A DNA stretch of 64,000 nucleotides, taken from assembly GCF_009914755.1 (NCBI RefSeq), contig NC_060942.1. One strand, 5' to 3'. The DNA comes from the human T2T-CHM13v2.0 reference genome, Homo sapiens. Positions 1 through 16,105 of the stretch are shown in pieces. A model generated the notes under the pieces. That model was not told the origin of the DNA. It made no database searches and saw only the letters and a list, made by a program, of their open reading frames with translations. The position numbers and the translations under genes are program-made. How positions within the stretch are numbered: the first letter of the stretch is position 1; each line of letters starts with the position of its first letter.

Positions 1-1669
1 ATTATAATGCGATTTCTACCTTGGTAATCCAACAGATGGTTTCTCTCTTCCTGTCTTGGATATTATGAGAAAGTGGATCAAATTCAGAGTCTTGTAAAGC
101 TACTGTTGAAATTCTGACTCAAATCATGAGCACCTTCACACTTGTGTACAAAAGTGAGGTATTCCTGGCCTTCCCTGCCAACTAATCAAATTTAGTTGTT
201 GTGGCCCCACATCTCTGGCTTGGCATTATGTGGAAAGAGACATTCCAGGGGTGCAATAAGCTATCTCATTTACATTATTTCTAGTGTTGTTTATTACAGT
301 TTGCTAGGCCTCATGGCAGGAAGTTTTTGTTTTTTTTTTTTTTTGTTCTAGAGCAGAAGGTAATTTTTCTCTCTCAATATTTCCAGCCTCTGTGGTGGCC
401 AAACTCTCACATATGAGGTAGTCAATGTGAAGAACTGCAGGTTTGAAAATATATGTACTTTTAGTATGAAAGTAATTTTGATTGAGTGAGAAATTCACAT
501 TTTAGCTGAAGAGATTATGTAAATGTTACTAGGTTTTATGAAAGCTCTACTAGAAAATTGCATTTTAACCAGAAATAAAGACATTTCAATATTGGTAACC
601 TTTTTTGACATGAGGGGCAAGATCATTACCTTACTGCCTCATCATGCCTCATATTTTATAGTCACTCTCTGCAGTAAGGCTCTTACAGTTGTTTTATGAA
701 GCATGTGTGATTTCAACATTTATTAGAAAATTTTAAGCATCTAAATATCATTAAAGCAGAAAAAAGGATGGTCTTTTTTGTATTTTATATTCTGAATTTA
801 CTGAACATTTTATGAGAAATAATAACTATGACCTTTTATTATAAGTTTATTTCTAAATATTTAAAGAGAAACATAATTCAAATTTATAATATAAATCCAT
901 GGTAGAAATAGGTTTGGTGTTAATGAATAAAACATGCAAGCATTTTATCAGAAAATTTTAATTCTTGAATATGTGATAGAAGTGAGTGAAGAACTTATAA
1001 ATATTTATACACCCATATATTTAATAGAATACTCAAAGTTACAGCATTTATGATGACAAGAATATGGCTCTCTAAAATAAGATTTATAGTTTTGTATTGC
1101 TAGGATTAAATAACTTTGGGTAAAAGATTAAATATTTTATAAAGTCCTGTGGGTTAACCTGAATAGTTTTATTTTCAAAACAGAAAGTGAGTATCCATTG
1201 CTAGAACCTGTAAAAATTCCACCTAAAAGTATTTTCCTATCATTCTTCACTACAGCATGCAGATTAAACTGCTAAGCAAATAGCCCAACTGAACTCAAAT
1301 CTAGAACTGTCTTAATATATATGATGTGATTTTTAAAATGCCTAACATAGTGACTGGCATATAGTAGATGTTCAAATTGATCTTCTTGTCTCCTTGGAAG
1401 TAACAGGATAAATGTTTTTTATCTATTTGTTTCAAGATAAATGGTTTCAGTTTCAATTTCCTTTTTACCAAATGGTAAAGTAAATTTTTACCCATTTTCC
1501 TTTTTATTAATAATATATGATGTTCATATATTAATAACACAAAAATAAGTTCAATGTAAGTGGTCAGACCAATTCTCTGCTATAATGGCTCAACTCAGCC
1601 ATCTAGGCACAATACTTCAACAATATCACTTGCAGGAAAACCCAATACATTATCTAGTTATTTCAGTGA

Positions 1670-3245
<1,576 letters not shown>

Positions 3246-3699
3246 TAAAATACCATTCTAAACTGATTAGCCAGCAAATCCTATTAATTATTTACATCTA
3301 TGCTCAAATACCACTTCTGCAACATGATCTTGTCCAGTCTTCCCAGATCACAATTAATACTTCCTTCCACTGATTCCCCAAATTTTTATACATAAATTAT
3401 AGCTATTACTTTATTCTGTCATTTATGTTAATATTTGTATGCTTGCTTCCTTATAGTAACATCCTTAGCAATAGCTTCAAGTTGTTTTTTACGTTCTCTT
3501 CACAATGCCTCATCCACTTGAGCTTGTAATACAGCAGTATTGATCATTCAAGGTTCAATGAAAGAATACAGGCCTTTGACTAAAAACTTGATGAAGAATA
3601 TACACAAATTTATAGAAATGTATACACATGTGCTACAGTTTTCTAGTTTTTAAATATTATTGAGGACTCAAATGCACTGTTTTTACTTTCTTATTGTTA

Positions 3700-3845
3700 T
3701 AAGAAATGCATAATATAAAATTTTAACATTTTTAAATGTACAGTTCAGTAGTATTAAATGAATTCACATTGTTGTACAACTATCACCACCATCCATCTCC
3801 AGAAATTTTTATCCCAAACTGAGACTGTGTACCTGCTGAACAAAC
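3700..3845 (-). mobile_element. Old L1M 3'-end fragment
   Basis: tgtacagttcagtagtattaaatgaattcacattgttgtacaactatcaccaccatccatctccagaa resembles a reverse-complement L1MA/MB 3' end; boundaries approximate. Confidence 0.7.
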
Positions 3846-4964
3846 ACATATCGCTTTATTTTATAACAGCTATTACAAGAGATACTCTATGATTCTTACA
3901 ACATTCATACATATTTCAGCTTCTGATAGTATAACAAATTCATATCAGCAATTGCTACTCATTAGGCATAGGTCACAAATAACTCCAAAATGGAAGCCAG
4001 AAAAGCTGTCTTTCATTTTGATGTTTCAAAATGTTAATATACATCTATAGGGACTATAACTTGGCATGGGCTAAAAACTCAGTACAACTCAAAAATGATA
4101 TACCAGATGTTATTACAATATCTTTTAAAGCTCCTTATAAACTTACTGTGTCAGGAGCAAAGATATTACAATAAAAATGTTTTAGTAAGTGTTCTACATT
4201 ATATATTTCTTTAAATTATAATTATACTTACAACTTCATTTCCATTCTCACATAAAAAGTTGGCTTAAGAATACAAGAAACTTTAACTCTGCTTGTAGAT
4301 GTCAGAGTTCTACAAAGAAAGGTGACAAATACGCCAAGTGTTAAAGAAAGGATAAGAGTTACTCAAACAGTTTGAGGAGCAAATAATGCTAATAATGATG
4401 ACTTAATGTAGGGTCAGGAAACAGAAATAAGTAGCCAGATAAGTACAAAAATGTGGACATGATTGAAGGGGAGAATGAGCAAGCTAATCCCTACCTTCCT
4501 GGAACATTATGCTGATCCTTTAGTCATGGAGTATAACCCTATGGAATTCTTATCTTTTAAAACACCTTATTCTCCCACAAAACTGAGAATACATGGACAA
4601 AATGAACTGTGTCTTTATTATTTAATATAACAGCTCCCAGACCTATCACTGTATTTAGAACATTGTGTGTAAAAAATAAATGTTTTTATAAGAATTGACT
4701 TATTAAGCATGGAAAAGAGAAGTATCTGGAATCTAACTCCTTTCGCTTCCCTCACCTTATGTCAGAGAAATTGTCAGGAAATCCATGAAAAGCATTTTAA
4801 GGGTGGTTGGACAGTACAGAGAAATAAAAGAACAGGAAAGGATTACCACTCAGTCATATATGTTCTAATTGTAAACAACATGATACATCTATGAAATAAA
4901 ATTTCAGCTTGTAACTTATTCTTCCATTTCTTAAATGATATTGTAGTAATAATAATGATGCCGA

Positions 4965-5205
4965 TAATAACAGCTAATACTTACTGCTTCCAGCATGCCT
5001 TTTACTGTTCTTAGACCTGACATGTACGAATTCATCTATTTCTCACACCTGTAATGTAACCACGGTTATTATCCCCATTTTACAGATGTGGGGACTAAGA
5101 TGTAGACAGGTTAAGGAAGGCAACCAGTCTTTCAGCCAGTTATTTGTGAAGTTGACTTTTGAACCCGTGCCCTGCTCCAGAGCCAATACTTTCAATCATT
5201 ATCTT
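4965..5205 (-). mobile_element. MIR
   Basis: Core attatccccattttacagatg-ggggactaa in antisense. Confidence 0.75.
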
Positions 5206-5276
5206 AAAGTGCCCTACAGTGTTAGAAATAAAATAATCCCTTTGCTTATGCTATTGTTCTTACTTCAAATGACTTA

Positions 5277-5665
<389 letters not shown>

Positions 5666-6139
5666 CTAATTTGACATCCACTGACTCATTAAATCCTGCA
5701 GTTCCTGGAAATTATTCAAAATGCCAAAAATAATTAAATGGAAGCTATATTAAAATTTAAAAATGCATGCATACATAAATATCTTACCTCTCAACATGTA
5801 TTAACACCATTGGAAACACCATAACACACTTAAAGTGTTTTCATTGGTAGATGAATTATGTTAATAAGCAAACTGAATTTTCCTGCCATGTAAATTGAGG
5901 TGGTTAATTCATTTTATTTTAGGAAATGTGGCTTAAGGTAGAGAAAGAGATATCATGAATGTACACACATATATATGTATGTACACACACATTCCATACA
6001 TGTACATGTTATGTACAACTATGGAAAAACACAATATTATTTTCTTCATTTTACAGATGAGAAAATTATATTCACATGGTCTGTTTTGCTCAGATTTACA
6101 AAGCATGTTAAAGATTATATGCTAGAGAAATCTAAATCA

Positions 6140-6328
6140 TCCAGTTACCTCCAGCCTCCCAGTCTTCCCAGCTGAGGCTGCAGATTGGAGAATAAAGCAA
6201 AGCCACTCCTTGGTAAGCTTTGCTAAATTCTCAACTCATTTCCCCCAGTCCACAAGCATATTAAAATGACTGTTTTTAAGCTTTTACGGGTTGAGGTGAT
6301 TTGTTACACAGAAATAGACACTAAAACA
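6140..6328 (+). mobile_element. MLT1-type MaLR LTR 3' fragment
   Basis: Ends ttttaagc...gtgatttgttacacagaaatagacactaaaaca, typical of an MLT1 3' terminus. Confidence 0.6.
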
Positions 6329-6748
6329 ATATACAAGCAAAATAAAAGTTGCCGCTCACTCACATTTTAATAACTGTATGGAAATTGAGATTTTGACATA
6401 TTCAGAAAACAGAATTTGATATTCCTTGCACAGTTTCTCAGCATGATGTCCCTCTTTCCAAAATTTTCATTATTGAAAAAGACAGTTACTAGAGGCTTTT
6501 CCTTTATTGAAATGGGAGAGAAATCACTCTTCATAATTTTAGACATCTATTTTGTTCATTGGAGTTTAAATCAATTTCTGTAATAATTGCAATGCTTATA
6601 TCTTGGATTTTAAAGTAGATTTTCCCTAAATAATTCTTTGCATTACACTTCCATTTTTAAATTATGCGTCTATTAAAATGCAAATAACAATATTTTCCTT
6701 TATGAAATAGAGAAATGTAGAAATGTTCTACCACATAACAACTATTAA

Positions 6749-7011
<263 letters not shown>

Positions 7012-7934
7012 ATTTTATACAATATTTTATGCATCTTTAGTTAAAGAGTTAAAAGTTTCTTTAAGATCTTTGAAATTATTTTAAAATACTGATCACTGTT
7101 GTTTTTTTCCACCAGTTTCTCAATTCTTAAATTCTATGTTCTTTTAAATAAAATTTTGACACGCTGAAATTTAATCATGTTCATATTTATATTGAATATA
7201 TTTATTGTCAATTTCTTAGTTTTATAGACAAATAGATTTTATTATGGTAAATCCACATAGTATTACTTTTTTGAAAGTGCATAAAAATTAGCTCATAGAT
7301 TAAGTCTTTCCTGGAATTGCATCACTTTGAAGATATTAAATAGATGCATCCTTCACCTTATTTAAATCAAATTTTCTTTCTTTTCAGCACATTAATTTCA
7401 ATGTACATGAGGTATGAGAGTTTGCTTGCTTTTTAAGTTTTTTGATAAAACATCCTGGGGAGGAGGCCAGAGAAAGTGCCATGAGAGTTGGAGGGTTTAC
7501 ACAAAGTTCATTTACCTTTTTCATTGTTTCTTTGACTTTGAAATGTGCTCATTGATTTTCTACCTGGTGATTTCGAAGCTGTTGAGCAAACAGTAACCTG
7601 GTGTTTCTGTAAAGATGAAACTGCACTTAGCCATGCAAGTGAATGAATGTGAATGTCACATTCTGTTGAAAAGTTGTCTAAGTTTTCTCCTCAAAAGTTT
7701 GCACAACTTTTTTTGTATATTCTTGCCAAACACAAAGTTTACACAGTTGGCTGGGAAATAAAACCATAGAATATATAATACTATTAACACTATAATTTTT
7801 ATATGAATATATTTATATCCTACTCAGGAAAATTATTCCTCTGTAATCTGTTTTTTTTCTCTTTGGTCTCATCTGACCTTTATTTATCAAATTGTGGATC
7901 ATTAAGAAATAAATTCATTTAGACAGTTTTTATT

Positions 7935-8130
7935 AGCTTTTATTTATTGAGCCCTTGTTACAAGCCATGCACCACTCTGGGCACTTTACATATAGTAATC
8001 CAAAGTTTTACTATTACTTTCTTAGACAGGACCTATTGTGATCATTTTATTGCCAAAGAAACAAAGGCACAGACAGGTTACTTAAACTGTCCAAGGTCAC
8101 ATGTTGAGTAAGCAACAATGCCAGCCACTT
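7935..8130 (-). mobile_element. MIR
   Basis: gaaacaaaggcacagacaggttacttaaactgtccaaggtcaca matches an antisense MIR core. Confidence 0.6.
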
Positions 8131-8329
8131 ATATGTAGATTATTGAAATGATACATTTACTCTAAATAAATTTCAAATTCATCCTCCGTATTTGACAAGC
8201 TATTTAGCTAAAATATCTCTCCCATATTTAACAACTTTTATCAACAACTGCATTTTACTACTGTGGTGGATTTTAAAACTTCAGCATGAAATTCAAGGCA
8301 AATTGGCCCTGCTGGCATTTCTAATCCCA

Positions 8330-9137
8330 CTTTCCAACATTCCCCTACTCCAAAACTCCAGTTATTCCAGATTGTATAATTTTCCAGCTGCTCCATGTAA
8401 TTTCTTACTCTCATGACACTTTCTCTTTTACTCTATCTTCGTGGAATGTTCTTCCCCTTATCCTTGGTCACTTGTAAATATCTCTTCATTCTTTCAAATC
8501 TAGTTCAGGTGTCATTGCTTCCAGTAAACCATCCTTAAATTCTACTACCACCAAATAATTGATCAATCTTTCTACTATTTTTTTTATCTTGGGCATTATT
8601 GAAATATTATATGTTGCATTGTATTAGAATAATTTCATTATCCATTTTATCCCTACTAGCCAAAGTTTCCTTTTCAAGAAGGAGCCATGTTATTCATTTT
8701 TGTGTTCCTGGCTGTATTAGTCTGTTCCCACATTGCTGATAATGACATACCTGAGACTGGGCAATTTACAAAAGAAAAAGGTTAAATGGACTTACAGTTC
8801 CACGTGGCTGGGGAGGCCTCACAGTCATGGTGGAAGGCAAGGAGGAGCAAGTCATGTTTTACATGGATGGCAGCAGGCAAAGAGAGAGAGCTTGTGCAGG
8901 AGACCTCCTCCTTTTAAAACCATCAGATCTCATGAGACTTATTCACTATCATGAGAATCGCAAAGGAAAGACCTGCCCCCATGATTCAATTACCTTCCAC
9001 CGGGTCCCTCTTACAACATGTGGGAATTGTGGGAATTACAATTCAAAATGAGATTTAGGTGGGGACACAGCCAAACAATATCACTGGCATCTAGGCTAGT
9101 ATGAGATATATAATAAATGCTTGTTGAAAAAATGAAT
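8330..9137 (+). mobile_element. L2 3' fragment, interrupted by THE1
   Basis: L2-like pyrimidine-rich body, ending aataaatgcttgttgaaaaaatgaat after the THE1 insertion. Confidence 0.55.
8713..9083 (-). mobile_element. THE1 (THE1A/B-like) solo LTR, ERVL-MaLR
   Basis: Reverse complement begins tgatattgtttggctgtgtccccacc and ends gactaataca. 5-bp TSD CTGGC at 8708-8712 and 9084-9088. Confidence 0.95.
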
Positions 9138-9226
9138 ATGTAAAAATTAGGGCTTAAATCTTTAGTAAACTCTAGAAAACTTGTCAAATTTAATTAATTA
9201 AATGTAAATTTAAGATATGACATTAA

Positions 9227-9632
<406 letters not shown>

Positions 9633-9794
9633 ACAGAGTGTTTATTTCTTAAACAAATAATATTATATCCAATTTTATAATGTAGTGTCATATTTACTAA
9701 GACAATTTAATCTCATGTTTTCTTTTGTCCAATTCAGAAAGGTGAAGGAAGCAAATAATTTTCCTCTTACAACAGGAAGGAGAAGAATATTAAT

Positions 9795-9960
9795 AACTAA
9801 TAACATTTGTGGCATGTTTACTACATAGCAGGTACTATACTCAAAATCAACTTATGTTAATAGCTACTTTCATTATCTCCATTTTATGGCTGAGTTATAG
9901 GAGGTGCAGAGAAATTAAATGAACTATAAGTGTTACTAATTTGAAAGCAGGTCTGTCTGA
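9795..9960 (-). mobile_element. MIR
   Basis: ttatctccattttatggctgag...gcagagaaattaaatgaac core. Confidence 0.5.
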
Positions 9961-10769
9961 TATAAATGATAAAAATATCTGAAAAAGGGTCAAGAAGCCT
10001 GTAATACGCTGATGCTGTTCCTCTGTGAGGAACTAGAGCCACAGGGATCTCAGGGACCATCTTTCTCATAGCACAAAATGCTGTGCTGTATCTTCCAAAA
10101 TGTACCTTTCCTGTCAGCATTCTCATTGCTTACTTCTCCATGTCTGGGAACCTCCAGTCTCTGAGAAGCCCATGGCCTTTTGCAAGTGTACCAGATTATA
10201 ATATATTATTTACTAAACCTGAAATGAATAAGCAGACTTCATTGTAGACACTCTGGACTATGCATTTGCTATCTTTTTCTTGTCTACTTACAAAAGTAAT
10301 ATATACTCATTGTAGAAAATAGAAACTAACACTAAAGAAAAACATCATTAATAATCCTATAAGCCAAATCTAAACCCTGCTACAATTTTGGTGAATAAGA
10401 AAGAGTGGGGAGGGGGTAAATTTTTTTAAACAGGAAATGAGGAAAATTCTATATACATTCTTTGGAAACTTGATTTTTAATTTATTATGTCCAAGTATAT
10501 TTGCTCATGTTGTTGAATAAATTTCCAATTGCTTCAGTACATTCATAATTGCTAATATTTCTCAAGAATTTCTTTATCTGCTTGGCAATGTACTTTATAG
10601 TAGTACTTCTCACATATCAGTCTACCAGGACTACTTAAGGACCTATTGTGTTAATGTGGGTGAGAAAATGAAAGTCTGAATAGGATACTTTTACTGAGAA
10701 TATTGAGAAATAGACCTGCTTGAATTTAGGAGTTAAGAGTGGCATTGTTGATGATGAACAAATCAAATA

Positions 10770-11160
10770 GTTGATTTGTCTGACGGGAGTGAAGAAAAGA
10801 GAGTAGTGAAGAAAAGGTGTCTTCCAAGGTGTCTGGCTATAGCAACTGAATGCATGGTAGTTCCATGCACTCTGAGGAGAGAATACTGGGAGAGGGCCAG
10901 ACTTGGTAAGAACAAAGAGGAAGCTAGGTTTTGTGGAGCATGAAGCTTATGCAATTTGCCCACCTTATTTAAACCATGTGACTATGAACATATTGCTACA
11001 TTACTTCCATGACATTGGAGGAAACCTGTGCTTATGAGGCTTATGTTTGAGCCTTATTGGTTAAATCTCCCACTTGATATGGAGTTCACTTTTGGACCTG
11101 TTGAATGCAAGGGACATCCAAATAGAGTTGTGCAATAAGCAGTTCAAAAATACAGAGATG
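10770..11160 (-). mobile_element. L2 fragment
   Basis: tctggctatagcaactgaatgcatggtagttccat...gagttcacttttggacctgttgaa...gacatccaaatagag resembles antisense L2. Confidence 0.6.
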
Positions 11161-12279
11161 TCTTATTTACAATTGCAAGCACAATGCTTGGCATGAAATA
11201 GCACACAGTGCTTAAGAATAGAATAAAGTAATTGTCTCAATACTGTCTTCTCATGATTAAGGAGGATGAATGGAAGCAGATTGCCTAGAAACAACTCATT
11301 CCATACTTCTGGACTGGGAAGAAATAAATGGTAATGAACAATTGAATGTTACCTCACAGAAAAGTACAAATGATAGCTGTTGCCCTGCCGAAGGGGGACA
11401 TGTTGCCAGCCATGACAAAACAAGGCTCCAGCGTCACTCTTACTCCTCCAAAGGATGACTGGAGAACATTTACATTCATCCTGGTTTATGATTCCTCCAT
11501 CTCTTCAGCCTTCAAATTAATTTACCAGAAAAACTAAAGAGTACTATAGTGGACCTTAAAAGTATTTTTCTCTTTTTAAAAAAATACCGAAGAATCAATA
11601 TTTCTCTTGAGATTATGATGAGCCTTATAGCTTACTGGCTTTAGGTATATTAATTACTAGAAGAACATCTTGAAAGTTTACCTCTCTAATGCTCTGCTTC
11701 TGAACAATTTGTTGTTAACTGTTATCTGCGAGGGAAAATAGACATGGTTTACATAGTGCCAAAAATGTGTCAGGCTCAATGAGAGACCAGATGTACTGCC
11801 AATTTGAAGATGGAGAATTCCAGACTCAGTTTCATTTCATCACCCAAGGGCATATACTAGTAAACAAGAACAGGAATTCAAAAGCAGGTTGTTATTATTG
11901 CCCTTGCTTATTCTCAAAGCCCATGCTCTTTCTAGTATATGAGGCTGCCTCAGCTCAAGATTTTAAGATTATTACTAATAAGAAATATTTATTGAGGAAA
12001 ATGCTGGGAAAGGCTACCAACAGTGAAGAGTTTATTATCTCTAGATGTTGCCTAAGGGAGCCAGCAATAGGTCCTTCCCCAACTGTGTGGGCAGGTGAAG
12101 GACATGTCTACCACCCTATGCTCTGGGACTTGAGATGGTTGGAAGAAAGTCAGCAGTCATTTTTCTCCCTCCAAACTTTACCCTAACAAAGTTCTGATCC
12201 CAGAAGGGAAAGGATTGGCACTTTGACACACCATTTTTAGAGATTGCTAAAGATTAACAAGAACCCAATCAGAGTCACT

Positions 12280-12714
12280 CTGGCAGAGGTAACTAGCTGT
12301 TCACCTAAAAATTCACATTCCATCTTCCAGAAACTCTTAAGTGACAAACTGCTTAGCAAGAAACTCTATTTCCCAGTCCCACTGCAACAATATGCCATAT
12401 GGGCATATGACTACTTTTTGCCTATGAAATCAGACTAGAAAGGACATGGTTTCAACGTACAGTGTATAAGAATCAGTTGGAGCATTTTCATTCTGGTTTC
12501 CTCTCACGGGTTTGATGCAGGGGACTCTGGGGGCTCTAGCAGATGACAGAACATCAAGTTAGCAGAAGCCTGAATCCCTAAATGATTATGTGGAAGAAAT
12601 TCACCTAGTGGCTAGGTATGTCTATATTGCACTGTAAACTGGAACTATCGCACTATAAGCTTTTTTGGTGTTAATCACTGGTGGTTATGGCAGCTAATGT
12701 TACCCTAACTGATT
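12280..12714 (+). mobile_element. Old ERVL LTR (LTR16-like)
   Basis: ctatttcccagtccc...agaagcctgaatccctaaatga...ggcagctaatgttaccctaactga motifs; boundaries approximate. Confidence 0.55.
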
Positions 12715-15429
12715 CCCAGAGCCAAAAGAAACAATGAATACATCACCAATGGTAACGAGGAATAAACAGAACTGAAAGAAGCAATTATTGGCTATATTTA
12801 TGCAAATAAACATTTGGCTGGATCACAGGAACCTGTGAGGGTGATATAATTCCAGGTTGAGTTCAGCTGAGGGCAAAGGCACCAGCTCAGATTAATCCTT
12901 GCTCAGTACAAACTAAAAGCAAACTGAATACTAAGCATTTTATCGCCCTTTCAAAATACTTAGCATGTGCTGTTCTCTCTGTGGACATGTCTCTGGCTAC
13001 CTGAAGGCATCCAGCATGTGAAAAAACAACTCAGACCACACATTTTCCACCTATGTTCTTCGGGATGTGCTGGAGATGATATGTGAAGAGAAAGAGACTC
13101 AGCTTAAGACCCGACAATTCCGGTAACCCATCTACATACATAGTAGCCCACTTAGAATGTCATAGTGCCATTTGGTCACTCATATTTTAAATGTTTCCTC
13201 TAAGGAGTTGGCAGTAATAAATGAAGGCAAAGGTTAAAAGCAATTTCCAGACCCACCATGTCTTGATAATTCCAACTCTCGGTTGTCACTTATTGATCTA
13301 GCTGGCAGAACCAGAGTGTGCTCTTTAAACACATTTGTCCCTGTGTAATTGCTGTGCACACATTCTGTGCTCTGGAGGTATGGGATTGATACCCGTCCGT
13401 CAACTCTCTGGCAAAGAAGGAACTATAATCCCATTTCAGGGACTGAGCCTTGCCATCTTCTAAGGGTTCAAATGTGCCTTTATAGATATTTCACTGAACT
13501 AATAGGAATGAGAAGATATTATCTCACATTTGGCAAGTTGCTATGAAGTCATAACTTAAATTAAGCACAAGGCTGATGTTCTCACCATAAGACAGTAAGT
13601 TGCTTGTCTGGTTATTTGTTAGCTGAGCAATTCTGGGAAGAGAATGAAAAACATTTTGTTGATGAGAATCTGTATTCATCAGTTTTTGTACAAGACTAAG
13701 AACTCGGCATGCTTTTACATTGGAAATTTGGTAATTAATATCAGGTATGTGGTTTCATTTCATGGTTTTAAATTGTGCAATTCTTTCAGTTGCTAAATCT
13801 GTACCTGTTCAATGAGTTTTAAAAGGAAAACTCGTGTAAAAGGAAAATATGTTTTTTGTAAAAAATTGAAATGACAGAAAAGCAAAAATTGAACAAAATC
13901 ATCCTTAGTACTACTTTTATCATTTTCTAGTTTTCCAACTAGGAGTTTTCTATACATATTTATACATGATTGAGAGTGTATGTGCACAAATATATTCATT
14001 ATTCTTTTTACTAAATTTTTAAAACTGGTTTCTCACTTTGCTTTATTACACTGTCTTCAAATGTGTCAGGCTTGCAAGTAACTCACTTGCAGTTTCCTCT
14101 GCCATGGCTCTTCCTCTACCCATTCTCATGCTTTGCTCCTTCACCTACTTTAATTTTTATTCAAGTTTTACTTTCTCAATACCCCTTTTCTTCCTTTATT
14201 TTTATTTCTAGATTTTCACTATGCAAAGTATTATTTACTTTACATATAGAATGTTAGCAATGGATAAATAATATTATATCATGCTTATCTATTACACTTT
14301 AGCTCACCCTCTATGCTTCTGTTTATGTTGTTTCATATTTTATTGCAAAAATTTGTTGTTAATATTTAATTGGGGCTATGAGTGAGAGATAGACTTTTTC
14401 AGTATAAAAATCAGTGAGAAAAAAGATAGAAACCTACATATTTGGTTAAATAAAAATAAAAATTTTTATATAGCAAAAATATCAAAATCTGAAAAAAATG
14501 ACAAATTTTAGAGAATGTGGCTGTATTTATTTTGAATATAGAAAAATCAGTTTGCATTTCTATGTATTCATCTTTACTTCATAGATTGCTCCATCAATAT
14601 TAAGCTCAGAACAATTCCTCTCTCCTTGGAAATTTAACAAATATTTATATTTATCTCATTTCATATTTCTTATGATTTGATTTTTTTCAATTTGCCCTTA
14701 GATGCATCCGTAAATTTAATTATTTGTTAGCTTGTGTTTGTTTTTAAATTACTAACTCTTGCAGATATCGGTTGTTCCTTACCTGTATCAAACTAATTCC
14801 CTCTTCCTCTGTTAACAGCATCCTGATTTTCCATTGGGGAGTAAGTCAACCTTCCTTGGATAGTAGCATAGGGACCTTTATTGTACATAAGTAACCTGGA
14901 CTTGGACAGAGTCAATGAATTTATCCACGAATGGGTATCTGCCTTCAGTCCAGTGAAAATCAACCAGGTACTTCTGTACAGCCCGAGGGGGAATATGTCC
15001 TTTTCTCTGCCTGAAGTTGCCCATGGTCATGTTTGTGATTATACGGGGTAAACTGAGAATAAAATAATCACATACAAAAGAAGAATCAAAAAAATGAGAT
15101 ATGATCTTGATAACCTAATTTAAACTCTAAGTAATTCTCATAACAGGATTTAGTGAACATTCTAACCCTTTTCCAACAACCCATCCTGCTACATGCCTTT
15201 ATCATAAAATAGCTTCATATATAAAAGCGTCATGTTAAAGTTAGTTTTACGTTTCCACTTATATAGATTTAAATATATTTTATTGAATTATTAAAACTTT
15301 ACAAAGTTGGGGCTAATCCTAGCTCTTGTTTATACAATTTTAAAAATGATATTTGTTTATTTTCCAAAGAACTTTAAGAATTATAAATTACCCATTATAA
15401 TGTTAATTTCAATTGTGTTAAATTTAGAA

Positions 15430-16105
15430 TTTTTTTATTATACTTTAAGTTCTAGGGTACATGTGCACAACATACAGGTTTGCTATATATGTATACATGC
15501 ACCATGTTGGTGTGCTGCACCCATTAACTCGTCATTTACATTAGGTATATCTCCTAATGCTATCCCTCCTCTCTCTCCCCACCCCATGACAGGCCCCAGT
15601 GTGTGATGTTCCCCTTCCTGTGTCCAAGTGTTCTCATTGTTCAATTCCCACCTATGAGTGAGAACATGTGGTGTTTGGTTTTTTTGCCCTTGCAATAGTT
15701 TGCTGAGAATGATGGTTTCCAGCTTCATCCATGTCCCTACAAAGGACATGAACTCATCCTTTTTCATGGCTGCATAGTATTCCATGGTGTATATGTGCCA
15801 CATTTTCTTAATCCAATCTATCATTGATGGACATTTGGGTTGGTTCCAAGTCTTTGCTATTGTGAATAGTGCCGCAATAAACATACGTGTGCATGTGTCT
15901 TTATAGCAGCATGATTTATAATCCTTTGGGTATATACCCAGTAATGGGATGGCTGGGTCAAATGGTATTTCTAGTTCTAGATCCTTGAGGAATCGCCACA
16001 CTGACTTCCACAATGGTTGAACTAGTTTACAGTCCCACCAACAGTGTAAAAGTGTTCCTATTTCTCCACATCCTCTCCAGCACCTGTTGTTTCCTGACGT
16101 TTTAA
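15430..16105 (-). mobile_element. 5'-truncated L1 (L1PA4-like) 3' end
   Basis: ORF 15483-16151(-) encodes the ORF2p C-terminus ([21 protein letters not shown]...YYAAMKKDEFMSF), followed by the L1 3' UTR. Confidence 0.97.

Noticed and set aside
11767-12186. 139-aa ORF
   Set aside because: GTG start, overlaps a probable MIR remnant and shows no recognisable protein features.
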